Assembly: GCF_004010195.1 (NCBI RefSeq)
Contig: NC_057718.1
Coordinates: 90,467,079-90,505,322, forward strand
Source of the DNA: Chiloscyllium plagiosum
Lineage: Eukaryota
Direction: 5' to 3'
Length of the DNA stretch: 38,244 nt
Shown here: piece by piece, positions 1 to 11,795 of the stretch
Numbering within the stretch: the stretch's first letter is position 1
Layout: every line of letters starts with the position of its first letter
The notes under the pieces: generated by a model
Told to the model about the DNA's origin: nothing
Database searches by the model: none
What the model saw: the letters and a program-made list of their open reading frames with translations, nothing else
Position numbers and translations under genes: made by a program

Positions 1-199
1 GCCTATCACCCTCACCTTAACCTCCTCCCACCTATTGCATTCCCAATGCCCCTCCCCCAAGTCCCTCCTCCCTACCTTTTATTTTAGCCTGTTTGGCACA
101 CCCTCCTCGTTCCTGAAGAAGGGCTTATGCCCGAGACGTCGATTCTCCTGCTCCTTGGATGCTGCCTGACCTGCTGCGCTTTTCCAGCAATACATTTTC
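1..199 (+). mobile_element. Penelope-like element 3' terminus with minimal hammerhead motif (GAAA mutated to GAGA)
   Basis: C-rich tract, then CTGAAGA-A-GGGC-TTAT-GCCC-GAGACGTC and the gatgctgcctgacctgctgcgcttttccagc block repeated across the window. Confidence 0.75.
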
Positions 200-204
200 C
201 AGAG

Positions 205-483
205 GTAAGAATCAACCATGTTGCTGTGGGTCTGGAGTCACATGGAGGTAAAGATGGCAACTTCCTTCCCAAAAGACCATGAGTGGGCCACGTGGGCTTT
301 TCTGACAATCGGTAACAGCTTTCATGGTCAGCATTTCAGTCTTAATTTCAGATTTTTGTTGAATTCAAATTCCACCATCTTCTGTGGTTGGATTGAAACC
401 ACATCCCTCAGAACATTCTCTGGGTGTCTGGATTAACAATCTCATCTATTATTAGTCTACTACCACAAGGCTATCACCTCCCC
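205..483 (-). mobile_element. tRNA-derived SINE (second family, CR1-like tail), partial
   Basis: Reverse complement matches the 26606-26965 copy (ggtggaatttgaattcaa; atgtgactccagacccacagcaa). Confidence 0.7.
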
Positions 484-504
484 TTTGAGTAAACAATGAA
501 AAGG

Positions 505-726
505 AATTTCCCTGGAGCATCAGAGGCTGAGGGGTGACCCTATAGAGGTTTACAAAATCATGACGGGCATGGATAGGGCAAATAGACAAAGTCTTTTTCC
601 CAGGATAGAAGAGTCAAAAACTGGAGGGGATAGGTTTAGGTGAGAGGGTAAAAATCTAAAAGGGACTTGAGGGGCAACGTTTTCACGCAGTGGGTGGTGC
701 GTGTATGGAACGAACTGCTAATGGAA
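505..726 (+). mobile_element. CR1/HER1 LINE 3' fragment, interrupted; resumes at 1260
   Basis: Encodes an RLRGDPIEVYKIMTGMDR-type CR1 ORF2 C-terminus. Confidence 0.8.
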
Positions 727-1259
727 GTCATAAAGACAGATTCATAGAGATATACAGCATGGAAACAATCCCTTTGGTCCAATACATCCATGCCGAACAC
801 ATATCCCAACCTAATCCAGTCCCATTTACCAGCATTTGGCCCATTTCCCTCTAAACCCTTCCTATTCATGTACCCATCCAGATGCTTTTTAAATGTTGTA
901 ATTGTACCAGCCTCCATCACTTCCTCTGGCAGCTCATTCCATACACGCACCATCCACTGCATGAAAAAGTAGCCCCTTAGGTCCCCTTTTAAATCTTGCC
1001 CCTCTCACCCTAAACCTATATCCTCTAGTTCTCAACTCCCCCACCCCAGGGCTAAGACCTTGTCTATTTATCCTATCCATGCCCTTCATGATGTCAAAAA
1101 CCTCTATAAGGTCACCCCTCAACCTCCGACGCTCCAGGGAAAACAGTCCCAGCCTATTCTCAAATCCTCCAACCCTGGCAACACCCTTGTAAATCTTTTC
1201 TGAACCCTTTCAGGTTTCACAACATCCTTCCGATAGGAAGGAGACCAGAATTGCACACA
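727..1259 (-). mobile_element. CR1/HER1 LINE 3' end inserted in inverted orientation into another copy
   Basis: Minus ORFs CVQFWSPSYRKDVV, RGDLIEVFDIMKGMDR and VWNELPEEVMEAGTITTFKKHLD; ctctatga-type tail. Confidence 0.85.
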
Positions 1260-1430
1260 GGAGACTGGTACAATTACGACATTTAAAAGGCATCTGGATG
1301 GGTCTATAAATAGGAAGGGTACAGAGGGATATGGACCAAATGCTGGCAAATGGGACTAGATCAGCTTAGAATATCTGGTCTGCATGGACGAGTTGGACCG
1401 AAAGGTCTGGTTCCTTGCTGTATGACTCTT
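1260..1430 (+). mobile_element. CR1/HER1 LINE 3' end, continuation of 505-726
   Basis: ggtacaattacgacatttaaaaggcatctggatgg ... ggacgagttggaccgaa ... tatgactct. Confidence 0.8.
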
Positions 1431-1764
1431 TGAATAAACCTGATATCAGTTTTGATTCCGCTATGATAGCTTATTGACCAGGTTATGTTGGTTCCTGAAC
1501 CATTTCAGTTAAGGCTTGATCAATGAGATTGCATGGATTGTCCAGCTCATTCATTTCATTCTAATACTTCTTTCTAATCAGATTATTTATTTTTTGTCCT
1601 TTAAAGATTTTTAGTCCTGCTATATCTAAATGCTGCTTTAATTCCAGCCTTTAAAGGCTTTTCACCTTGCAGTATATTGATGCCACTTTAATCTCTTACC
1701 CAACAATATCTTCCTGTATCAATATAACAACGGTGTTTTCTTTTCCTAATCTGAAAGGCTTTTA

Positions 1765-1990
1765 AACTCTGTAACACCTATCGCCTTCCCAGCTACCTTC
1801 CCTCCAGCCCCACCCGCAACTCCCTATTAATCTCCCAGCTCCCTTCCCCCTCCACATTCCTTCATGAAGGGTTTTTGCCTGAAACACCGACTCTCCTGCT
1901 CCTCGGATGCTGCCTGACCTGCTGTGCTTTTCCAGCGCCACCCTTTTTGACTCTGACTCTCCAGCATCTGTAGGCCTCACTTTCTCCCTG
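1765..1990 (+). mobile_element. Penelope-like terminus with degenerate HHR
   Basis: catgaagggtttttgcctgaaacacc followed by the conserved gatgctgcctgacctgctgtgcttttccagc. Confidence 0.7.
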
Positions 1991-2534
1991 TACCTCTGCA
2001 TTGCTCATATTTCTTTATTCAAAATGAAGGTCTCCCAACTTCTGCAAGCAAAACAGACGATTTTCCACCTTCCACCTTAATACCCAATGCTTGTTCTTGT
2101 CCATGACTTCCCCAAAAAACCCAGGGAATATAGCTTTAATAGCCTTCCTAAACCATCGTTTAATTTACACTTTTACCTCAGCCTCATACTCTCCTTAGTT
2201 ATCACCTTTTTCTATTGGACCCTGCCTGTTTAGTTTTTTTGTATTGCCCCTTTGCCACCTTAATTCTGGTTTTGTGCACTACCAGGGTCATGACCTGGGT
2301 GTAAATTACTTATACGCTCTTTGACTTCCTTAGTGTATTCTTGTCTCGTGTTTTTGCAGTCTGTGATACCACTGCTTGTTGGCAGCTGTAAGTAATCCTT
2401 TTCAATGTCGGAACCCATTCTGTGCCATTAATGTATCATTCTCCCCTTAGGGATTTTCTCTTTACTCAAACTCCCGGTTCTGCACCCCCCTGAAAGCACC
2501 TTCTCTACATCCATAATTAAAAATTAATTCACAC

Positions 2535-3296
2535 TTGCCTTTATTGGTCAGACCATTGAGTATAGGAGTTGGGAGGTCATGTTGTGGCTGTTCAGGACAT
2601 TGGTTAGGCTACTTTTGGAATACAGTGTGCAGTTCTGGTCACCCTGCTATCAGAAGGATGTTATGAAACTTGAAAAGGCTCAGGAAAGGTTTACAAGGAC
2701 ATTGAGTATAGGAGTTGGGAGGTCATGTTGTGGCTGTTCAGGACATTGGTTAGGCTACTTTTGGAATACTGTGTGCAGTTCTGGTCACCCTGCTATCAGA
2801 AGGATGTTGTGAAACTTGAAAAGGCTCAGGAAAGGTTTACAAGGATGTTGCTGGGTTTGGAGGATTTAGGTATGGAGAGAGGCTGAATGTTTACTCTGGA
2901 GAGTCTGGAGGGGTGACCTTAAAGAGGTTTATAAAATCATGAAGGGCATGGATAGGGTAAATAGACAAGCTTTTTTCCTCAGGATAGGAGAGTCCAAAAC
3001 TAGAGGACATAGGTTTAAGGCAGGCAGGGCAAGATTTAAAAGGGACCTAAGGGGCATTGTTTTTATGCAGAGGTTTGTACATGTGTGGAATGAGCTGCCA
3101 GAGGAAGTGGTGGAGGCTGGTACAATTACAGCATTTAAAAGGTTTCTGAATGGGTATATAAATAGGAAGGGTTTAGAGGGATATGGGCCAAATGCTGACA
3201 AATGAGACTCGATCAGTTTAGGATAGCTGGTTGGCATGGACGAGCTGGACCGAAGGGTCTGTTTCTGTGTTGTACACCTCTATGATTCAATGACTG
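2535..3296 (+). mobile_element. CR1/HER1 LINE 3' end with internal 146 bp tandem duplication
   Basis: ORFs LVRLLLEYSVQFWSP and MKGMDRV...WNELPEEVVEAGTITAFK; repeat units start at 2554 and 2700. Confidence 0.85.
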
Positions 3297-3614
3297 ATGA
3301 AGCTGTTATCCCTGTTCACTTGCAGCTGAATCATTCACTGGGACTGTTCCCACACATTCTTGATTCCAATGGATTGTGTAAGTGCCGGGTGTGTCTAGAC
3401 TTTAGTTCACTTGTGCTTCTGCACTTTCCCTAATAGATCTGAATTAACTGGATTTACCATTAAGTGTTGACCGAGCCTTGCTGAGCTTTCCACGAGTTTG
3501 TCTGCAGGCTGTTTGACTCTAGCTCTTAAATCTGTAAAGTCTTTAAAGCTGGAAATATCCAGCACTACTCCCATGTCCACTGGAGATTTCACCATTATTA
3601 CCTTATAATATTCA

Positions 3615-3910
3615 GAACATAGAACGTTACAGTACAGTACAGTCCTTTTGGCACTCAATGTTGCGCCAACCTGTGAAAATAACCTGGTGCACATCTAACC
3701 TACACCGTTCCATTATTATCCATGTGTATGTCCAATGCCCAATGAAATGCCCTTAACATCGGCATGTCTACTACTGTTCCAGGCAGGCCATTCCACGCCC
3801 CTACTACTCTTGAGTGAAAAGATTACCCCTGATATCTGTCCTAAATCTATCATCCCTCAATTTAAAGCTATGTCCCCTCATGTTCGCCTTCACCATCCGA
3901 GGAAAAAGGC
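3615..3910 (-). mobile_element. CR1-type LINE 3' end (different subfamily)
   Basis: agaacatagaac tail; minus strand resembles the CR1 'F.Q..V..WN.LP' C-terminal region. Confidence 0.6.
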
Positions 3911-4239
3911 TCCAATTGAGCTAGGATGTTCACCATGTTCTGCAAGACTAACCACTACCAGCTTGTAGTTTTGGGGTAGTTTGATGCATCCATCCTCTTT
4001 TCTTGCCCTGGGTGGAAGGACCTAATTGTTTTATATTTGGGGATGAAAAGCACTCGTGAGTCTTAATGAGACAAAGGCCTTGTGTCAAATAAGTTAATTG
4101 CATGAGAACAATCAGATACAAGTTACACTAGCAAGTTAGACACTGATACTAAGACAATGTGGAGACGTAGGACAAGAGGTTTTCACTCCACAAGACCCAA
4201 AGGTATTCTGCCTTTTCTCCAACCACATCTGGACGGTAT

Positions 4240-5520
4240 CATCAGATTGGGTGGACTTCCACAGGGGTTAATGTTGGGACAACGACCATTCACGTTATAC
4301 GTGAACGATCAGGATGAAGGAACTGAGGCCATTGTCGCTGAGTTTGCAGCTGACACAAAGATGGGTGGAGGGATGGTGGTGGTGAGGAAGTGGGGACGCT
4401 GCAGAAGGATATGGACACACTAGGGGAGTCAGCAATGAAAGGGCAGATGGAATGCAATGTGGGAAAGTGTGAGGTTATGCATTTCGGTCAGAAGAATAGA
4501 AAAAACAGACTATTCTCTGTTTGAGGGAAGGTTTCAGAAATCTGAAGCACAAGGAGCTTTAGATTAGATTACTTACAGTGTGGAAAGAGGCCCTTCGGTC
4601 CAACAAGTCCACACTGACCTTCCGAAGAACAACCTACTCAGACCCATTCCCCTGCATTTACCCCTTCACCTAACGCTATGAGCAATTTGGCATGGCCAAT
4701 TCTCCTGACACGCACATCTTTGGACTGTGAGAGGAAACAGAGCACCCAAAGGAAACCCACGCAGACACGGGGAGAATGTGCAAACTCCACACAGTCAGTT
4801 GCCTGAGGTAGGAATTGAACCCGGGTCTCTGGCGCTGTGAGGCAGCAGTGCTAACCACTGTGCCACCGTGCCACCTTTAGTTTAGGATTCTCTTAAGGTT
4901 AACATGCAGGTTCAGTTGGCAGTTAGGAAGGCCAACACAATGTTAACATTCATTTCAAGAGGGCTAGAAAATGAGCAGAGATGTATTACTGAGGCTGTAT
5001 AAAGTTCAGGTCAGGCTGCGTTTAGAATATTGTGAGCAGTTTTGGGCCCCGCATATAAGTAAAGATGTGCTGGCATTGGAGACGGTACAGAGGAGTTTTG
5101 TAAAAATGAGCCACGGATGAATGATTCATCATATGAAGAGCGGTTGAGGATTTTGGGTCTGTAATCAGTGGAGCTTAGAACACTGAGAGGCCTGGGTAGA
5201 GTGGACGTGGAGTAGATGTTTCCCCTAGTCGGGGATACTAGGATCCGAGGGCACAGCCTCAGAGTGAAGGGGCGACCCTTTAGAACTGAGATGAGGAGGA
5301 ACTTCTTCAGCCAGAGGGCGGTTAGTCTGTGGAACTCATTGTCACAGAGGGCTGTGGAGACCAAGTCACTGAGTGTATTTAAGATTGAGATGGATAGGGG
5401 ATCAAAGATTATGTGGGGGAAAGCAAGAGAGTGGCATTGAGAAATGTATCAGCTATGACCAAATGGTGGAGCAGACTGGATGGCTGAATGGTCCAAGTCT
5501 ACTCCAAATCCTATGGTTTA
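4240..5520 (+). mobile_element. CR1 LINE reverse transcriptase to 3' end, degenerate, with SINE insertion
   Basis: GLPQGLMLG...FTLYVND...FAADTKMGG; RGHSLRVKGRPFRTEMRRNFFSQRAVSLWNSL. Confidence 0.85.
4559..4875 (-). mobile_element. HE1-type V-SINE
   Basis: tRNA-like head (A/B boxes), V-domain (gtgtggagtttgcacattctccccgtgtctgcgtgggtttcc) and (taatc)n tail, all on the minus strand. Confidence 0.9.
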
Positions 5521-5797
5521 ATGCAGTCTCCGACGTTAACCCTTTCAGAACTATTCTAATGCACAATGCTGGTGCCACCCTGGGATAGCTCCTTCCTGTT
5601 CTACTCAATGTCCCGCAGAGGCCCCCCCTTCAAAAAGCTCTGTCCCACCCCGCTTCTCTAACACATTGACACCTCCCTGACCCCTGCAGCATAATTGAGT
5701 TTGGGTCCCCAGACCTTGAGGTGGGGTTGGACATCCTGGCCCCTGCGAAACCCAGGAAGTGCAGCAAAGTCCAGATCCACGGCATTTCTTCTTCGGA

Positions 5798-5996
5798 AGG
5801 AGTCAAAATAAATTACTGCAGATGCTGGAATCCAAGGTAGACCAGCAGGAGGCTGGTAGAACACAGCAAGCCAGGCAGCATCAGGAGGTGGCGAAGTCAA
5901 TGTTTCTTGGCAGAAGGATTACACCTGAAATGTCGACTTCTCCACTTCCTGATGCTGCCTGGCTTGCTGTGTTCTCCCAGCCTCCTACCTGTCTAC
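5798..5996. mobile_element. Inverted pair of Penelope-like termini with 15 bp TSD
   Basis: catttcttcttcgga at 5783-5797 and 5997-6011; arms are reverse complements (agcaagccaggcagcatcagga / tcctgatgctgcctggcttgct). Confidence 0.75.
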
Positions 5997-6195
5997 CATT
6001 TCTTCTTCGGAGGCTGTCTGAAGTTCCAGCTGCGGCCACAGCTCCCCAGGGGTCGGGTAGGGGTCAAGAATATGGCTAGACACTGAGTGGGCAGCTCTTA
6101 GATGTAGGATGCCCTCCATAGGGATTGGCACAAGTCTGGTCCTGAAGCAAGCCTGAAAAGCACTGGGGTCACAGCCCAGCCAAGCAGAGGTGGAC

Positions 6196-6543
6196 TCATA
6201 GAACATAGAATCACCTATAGTGTGGCAACAGGCCCTTCGGCCCAACAAGTCCACACTGACCCTCCAAAGAATATCCCACCCAAACCCATTCCCCTATCAC
6301 TCTACATTTACCCCTGACTAACCTACACATCCTTGGACACTATTGGCAATTTAGCACAGCCAATCCACCTAAGCTACATATCTTTGGATTGTGAGAAGAA
6401 ACCAGAGCACGCGGAGGATACCCGCACAGACATGAAGAGGTGTGTAAACTCCACACAGACAGTCGCCCGAGGTGGGAATCAAACCCGGGTCCGTGGTGCT
6501 GTGAGGCAGCAGTGCTAACCACCTGAGCCATTGTGATGCCCCC
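6196..6543 (-). mobile_element. HE1-type V-SINE
   Basis: Full head, V-domain and tail on the minus strand. Confidence 0.85.
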
Positions 6544-6697
6544 ATGGTGGATGGTGAGTCGGGGGAGTTGTGTAGTTGCATCAGGAGAGGGTTGGTTTGA
6601 ACAACTGCCTCCACTTAAAATTCCAGCACTAACCCGCAGTGGGGAATGAAGGGACGCAAGGAGAAACCAACGTTTTTTTCTTCTCTCCTGCCAGGAA

Positions 6698-6770
6698 GGA
6701 AGTCGAGAGTGTGGCGCTGGAAAAGCACAGCCGGTCAGGCAGCATCCGAGGAGCAGGAGAGTCATCAGGG
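6698..6770 (-). mobile_element. Short Penelope-like terminus fragment
   Basis: gctggaaaagcacagccggtcaggcagcatccgaggagcaggagagtc. Confidence 0.7.
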
Positions 6771-7024
6771 ATCAGGAAGGAAAGCAGGTTCAGAGGAGGG
6801 CAGATTAAAACAAAGCGTGTGTTTTCAACTTTAAAACTATGCTGTGAACATTCTCTTGAGAGAGGATGGGCTGACGGAGAAAGTGCAAGAGGAGGAAAGA
6901 GGAAGGGAGACTCTGGTCAGCTCCTTTCTTCGTGGGTGGGATGTAAATGCCTAATTCGAGAGAAAGACCAATGGTGTCGACTCTCAACCCTCAGTCATCA
7001 ACAGTCTCTCCTCACCTCCTTCAG

Positions 7025-7405
7025 TCACTGGCCATTCTCACATCGAGCTCTTGATTGGGGTTCCCATGCATCTGCTGTCCTTGCCCTTCCGGGTAATGGA
7101 GGTTGCAGGTTTGGAAGGACTGCTAAAGGAATTTCAGTCAGTTGTGGCCATGTATCTTGTAGGCAGTACACACAGCTGCTGCTGCGCATGAGTGTCGGTG
7201 AAGATGTTAGATGGGAGATCAATCAAGCAGACATGGAGAGAATGTGCAAACCCAACACAGACAGTCACCCGAGGCTGGAATTGAACCCAGGTCCCTGGCG
7301 CTGTAAGGCAGCAACACTTTGTCCTGGACAGTGTCAAGCCTCTTGAGTGTTGTTGAAACTACACTCCTCCAGGCAAGTGGGGAATAGTCCATCATACTCC
7401 TACAA
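7025..7405 (-). mobile_element. CR1-clade LINE relic (same family as 20995-22075) with partial HE1 SINE at about 7230-7318
   Basis: Similar to 21200-21300 and 21710-21780. Confidence 0.6.
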
Positions 7406-7422
7406 GGTATTGAGGAGACATT

Positions 7423-7757
7423 GAGTCATAACAGTGTGGAAGCAGACCAGTTGGCCCATCGAGTCCACACTAACCCTCTGAAGAGCATCCCTGGATGCAC
7501 TCTGCAACCCTCTATTTTCCACGGCTAATCCACCTAGTCTAGATATCCCTGGACACTATGGGCAATTTAGCCTGGTCAATCCACCTAACCTGCACATCTT
7601 CGGATTGTGGAAGGAAACCGGAGTACCCAGAGGAACCCATGCAGACATGGGGAGAATGTTCAAACTCCACACAGACAGTCACCCAAGGGTGGAATCGAAC
7701 CAAGGTCCTTGGCATTGTGAGGCAGCAGTGCTAACCACTGAGCCACCATGTCACCCC
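7423..7757 (-). mobile_element. HE1-type V-SINE
   Basis: Consensus head and V-domain on the minus strand. Confidence 0.85.
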
Positions 7758-8169
7758 ATGAGAAGTACTGCTCACCGAGTCTGCCTCTGACTTTGTATTT
7801 TTGCCCGTCCTTGTGCTGCTGTGCAGTGCCAGCCCAAGTGGCTCATCATTGCCAGTTGAAGACTGTTGACTTTCTGCAGATGGTGTTGTCATGGATTGCA
7901 TTGTTTCAGTTTGCCTGTCCCACTCTTGCAAGAGCAAATGTACCACTGGAGTGGCAGGGGTGCCGTGATGAACGCTGATCTCTCGAGAAGGTTCTAGAAC
8001 CTCATGCTCCACAGGGTTGTCGGGATACTCGGTACAATAAGGTACACCCAACTGGTACCAGCGAAATTCTTATGAAATAATGGTAAGTTCAGTAAGATTC
8101 AGAAAGAAGTAAAAACGAAAATTGCTAGTAAAGCTCAAGAGGTCTGGCAGCATCTGTGGAGAGAAATTG

Positions 8170-8452
8170 TGGGTGGCACAGTAGCACAGGGGGTTCAATT
8201 TCCGTCTCGGGCAACTATCTGTGTGGAGTTTGCACATTCTCCCCGTGTCTGTGTGTGTTTCCTCCGGGTGCTCCGGTTTCCTCCCACAGACACAAAGATG
8301 TGCAGGCCAGGTGAATTGGCCATGATAAATTGCCTATAGTGTTAGGTGAAGGGGTAAATGTAGGGGAATGGGTCTGGGTGGGTTGCTCTTCGGAGGGTTG
8401 GTGTGGACTTGTTGGGCTGAAGGGCCCACACTGTAAGTAAGTAATCTAATCA
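8170..8452 (+). mobile_element. HE1-type V-SINE nested in the PLE
   Basis: V-domain and taatctaatc tail; head partly deleted. Confidence 0.85.
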
Positions 8453-8664
8453 AATCAGAGTTAACCTTTCAGGTCGTGTGACCCTTCCTCAGATCTGATG
8501 GTAGCTGGGAAAAGGATGGTTCATAAGCAGAGGATAGGGTGAGGGGAGGGAGTAAGGAGTAAATGATAGGTGGGGATTGAGCCCAAAGACACAGAAGAAC
8601 AGTTGGATAGACAAAGGAATGGATAGTGATCTGGCTAGGAGAGTGAACAGCTGTTAATAGGCAC

Positions 8665-9405
8665 TTTGAATTGAATTTATTGCCACGTGTACCGAAGCAC
8701 ATTGAAAAGCTTTGTCCTGCGAGCAATACAGGCAGGTCACTGAGTTAAATAGCATAGATAAGTAAATAGTAGGTAAACAGCGTTAAAAGCAAACACACAG
8801 GGACAGGCAAATATTAAGAGTTTGAGAGTTCATTCAGTATTCTAACAACAGTAGGGTAGAAACTGTTACAAAACCGGCTGGTGCATGTGTTCAGGTTTCT
8901 GTACCTTCTCCCCGATGGTAGAGGTTGTAGAAAAGCATTGCCAGGGTGGGATGGAGCTTTGAGAATGCTGGCGGCCTTTCCTTGACAGCGGGCTTGGTAG
9001 ATGGACTCTATAGATGGGAGGTTGGCCTTCGTGATTGTCCGGGCCAAGTTCACCACTCTCTGTAACCATCTCTGACCTTGACTGGTACAGTTGCCACACC
9101 AGGTAGTGATACATCCAGACAGGATGCTCTCGATGGTGCACCTATAAACGTTGGTAAGGGTATTCAGCTACCTGAGGAGGAAGAGACATTGTTGGGCCTT
9201 TGTAACCAGTGGGTCCACATGAAGAGTCCAAGGAAGCTTGTTGTGGATGACCACTTCCAGGAGCTTGACACTCTCCACTCATTTCACCTCTGTGTTGTTG
9301 ATGCGTCGGGGGGGGGGAGGGCATGAGTAACCTCCTGCCGAAAGTCAATAATGAGTTCCTTGGTTTTGCCGGCATTGAGAGCGAGGTTGTTCTCCGTGCT
9401 CTGTT
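8665..9405 (-). mobile_element. Rex1/Babar-type LINE 3' end nested in the PLE
   Basis: ENNLALNAGKTKELIIDFR; AASILKAPSHPGNAFLQPLPSGRRYR...SRFCNSFYPTVVRILN. Confidence 0.8.
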
Positions 9406-9754
9406 TTTTTTAGGTCTTCCTTGCTAACAATAGGTGGCATGTAATAGCAGACTATGATAACAAGGCCTGGTGTATGGGTGTTGGGGGAAGGACATGGGAG
9501 AGCTCAAACCTTAAAGTCGTTGAACTCGATATTGCGTCCAGAAGGCTGCAGCGACCTCAAGCGGAAAATAAGGTGCTTTTCTTCCAGTTTGTGCTGAGCT
9601 TCACTGGAGCACTGCAGCAAGCCTGAGACAGAGATGCTGAGCAGGAACAAGGGGGTGGGTTGAAGAAGCAGTAAACAAAGCAGAGTGAAAATGATTGCTA
9701 TTAAACATGAATTCCATTAGTTCTCCTTCGAGACTCCCTCTGCTGGTACATGTT

Positions 9755-10107
9755 ATAGAATCATAGAATCGCTACAGTGTGGAAACAACCCTTTGGCACA
9801 ACAAGTCCACATCGTCCCTCCGAAGAGTAACCCACCCGGACCTATTCTCCTACCCTATTACTCTACATTTCCCCCTGACTAATGCAACTAACCTACACAT
9901 CTCTGAACATTATGGACAATTTCCCATGGCCAATTCACTCTAACCTACACATCTTTGGACTGTGGGAGGAAACTGGAGCACCCGGAGGAAACCCACGCAG
10001 ACACGGGGAGAATGTGCAAACTCTGCCCAGACAGTCACCCGAGGGTGGAACCAAACCTGAGGTACTATGAGGCAGCAGTGCTAACCACTGAGCCACCGTG
10101 CCGCCCT
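9755..10107 (-). mobile_element. HE1-type V-SINE
   Basis: Consensus match on the minus strand. Confidence 0.9.
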
Positions 10108-10389
10108 GAATGTGTGTATGGTATTCCGAAGTGGAAAAGAGTCGATGCAATTTTCAACGCACGACAATATCCACAGTCACGATAACACCCACATGAGCTT
10201 CCATTGCAACTCCCAGGTTTTGGTGGAAGTCACCTTGTGCTATGATGACACTGAGGCATCATTCTTCATTGGCTTCATTGTGGTCGGATCCATTAATCTG
10301 CTGATGGAGCTGCCCACGCTGAGAAGGTTGGGCTCCAAGCCAGGCTATCATGAAATCTCTTTACAGTTAAATTTTCACAGCAAAAGCGA

Positions 10390-10506
10390 AATGGAAGCAT
10401 CCAGCAGAGAGTGAAGAAAATGTTGCGAATGCTCAGCGAGTTGAGCAGCATTTGTGGAACGAGTAACAGAATGAACATTTCAGGTTGGTAAACATTCTTT
10501 TCGAAC
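10390..10506 (-). mobile_element. Old Penelope-like terminus
   Basis: aaatgttgcgaatgctcagcgagttgagcagcatttgtgg...acatttcagg resembles 17690-17780. Confidence 0.5.
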
Positions 10507-11194
10507 CCAGTGGGCTTTGTCGCTTCCTCGGGGATTTCTTTTACCTTCTTGTTGCAAACATTTGCTTTCATTTCTCAAGGCTGTCAAAGCTGGAAGAAGT
10601 GACTCACTTTTTGCCTGATAGCCACAGCATCAACATTAACTAGGCTTTCCTTTTGGAGGTTCCCCCTCTGTTTCTGGGCAGTATGCCGTCAGGCGGATTC
10701 CTCATCCAGTCGCACTGTCTTTCTTATCAGCAAGGGCATCTTCTGAAAACACGTTTATACTTCCGAAACACAGTATACCAGGTGAGATGTTTCTCACTCC
10801 TGATATGCCCCTCAGGATTTGCCAGTGGTCCTAACTCCAGACCTAAATATGGTAACTCAAGCATCATCATGTAAAATCCCGGCCCCTTGCTTTATTAGAA
10901 TAACTCAACTGACTGAGAAGTGACTTCCTTCTTGATCAGTCCCTTGGGAATCAAGGAAGACTTGCTCCTACCCTGATTTGTTTTCTGAATTGACTGGTAT
11001 GTGTGACCCGCGGTAGGTGCAACTTGACAGCTTGGTGGTTGGTGATCGTTTGAGGGTTTGTGCAGCCCCTCTGATGCCCAGTCTTGGCAAGGTAGCATAC
11101 GTCATGCTGTGTGGCCTGGAGTGATGAGTACTTTGATGCTGGGCATGTTGGTTTGGGGGAGATAGCTGTTGTTAAACTTCCTTTCTTGCCACTG

Positions 11195-11537
11195 GATTTC
11201 ATCGATCCCCTACAGTGTGGAGGTAGGCCATTCGGCCTGTTGAGTCTATACTGAGACTCCAAAGAGCGTCCCATTCAGACCCACACCCCATCCCTGTAAC
11301 CCTGCACTTCCTGTGGCTATTCCCACTAGCCTGCATATCCCTGGATATGGGAAATTTAGCATGGCCAATCTACCTCACCTGCTCATCCTTGGACTGTGGG
11401 AGGAGGCCAGAGCACCAGATGAAACCCATGCGGACAATGCACAAATGCCACACAGACAGTTGCCCGAGTCTGGAATCGAACCCAGGACCCTGGCGTTGTG
11501 AGGCAGCAGTGCTAACCACTGGGCCACCATGCTGCCC
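11195..11537 (-). mobile_element. HE1-type V-SINE
   Basis: Consensus match on the minus strand. Confidence 0.85.
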
Positions 11538-11559
11538 AGATTGGGAGGATCTTGTGAAG

Positions 11560-11795
11560 AGCTGAAAATGTGTTGCTGGAAAAGCACAACAGGTCAGGCA
11601 GCATCCAAGGAACAGGAGAATCGACGTTTCGGGCATAAGCCCTTCTTCAGGAATTTCTTCAGGATTCCTGAAGAAGGGCTTATGCCCGAAACGTCGATTC
11701 TCCTGTTCCTTGGATGCTGCCTGACCTGCTGCGCTTTTCCAGCAACACATTTTTCAGCTCTGATCTCCAGCATCTGCAGACCTCACTTTCTCCTC
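11560..11795. mobile_element. Young inverted pair of Penelope-like termini with 15 bp TSD
   Basis: TSD gaggatcttgtgaag at 11545-11559 and 11796-11810; ~95 bp near-perfect inverted arms at 11560-11654 and 11664-11760. Confidence 0.85.
11662..11701 (+). ncRNA. Minimal type I hammerhead ribozyme motif; mirror copy on the minus strand at about 11617-11654
   Basis: ggattc CTGAAGA A GGGC ttat GCCC GAAA cg TC gattct: conserved core, stem II, palindromic ACGT stem III and imperfect stem I. Confidence 0.7.

Larger units (their letters stand above)
8110..9690 (-). mobile_element. Penelope-like element: GIY-YIG endonuclease C-terminus, 3' region and HHR; hosts nested SINE and LINE
   Basis: Minus 9640-9510 reads SISVSGLLQCSSEAQHKLEEKHLIFRLRSLQPSGRNIEFNDF, typical of a PLE GIY-YIG end. 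HHR-like CTGAGGA-AGGGTC-ACAC-GACCT-GAAA on the minus strand at about 8461-8495. Confidence 0.8.

Noticed and set aside
1440..2520. Possible very old minus-strand LINE (also at 3300-3610)
   Set aside because: Motifs are too degenerate to assign by eye.
6639..7346. Longest ORF (235 aa) as a host gene
   Set aside because: It runs across PLE, LINE and SINE fragments, has no coherent domain, and looks like a chance open frame.
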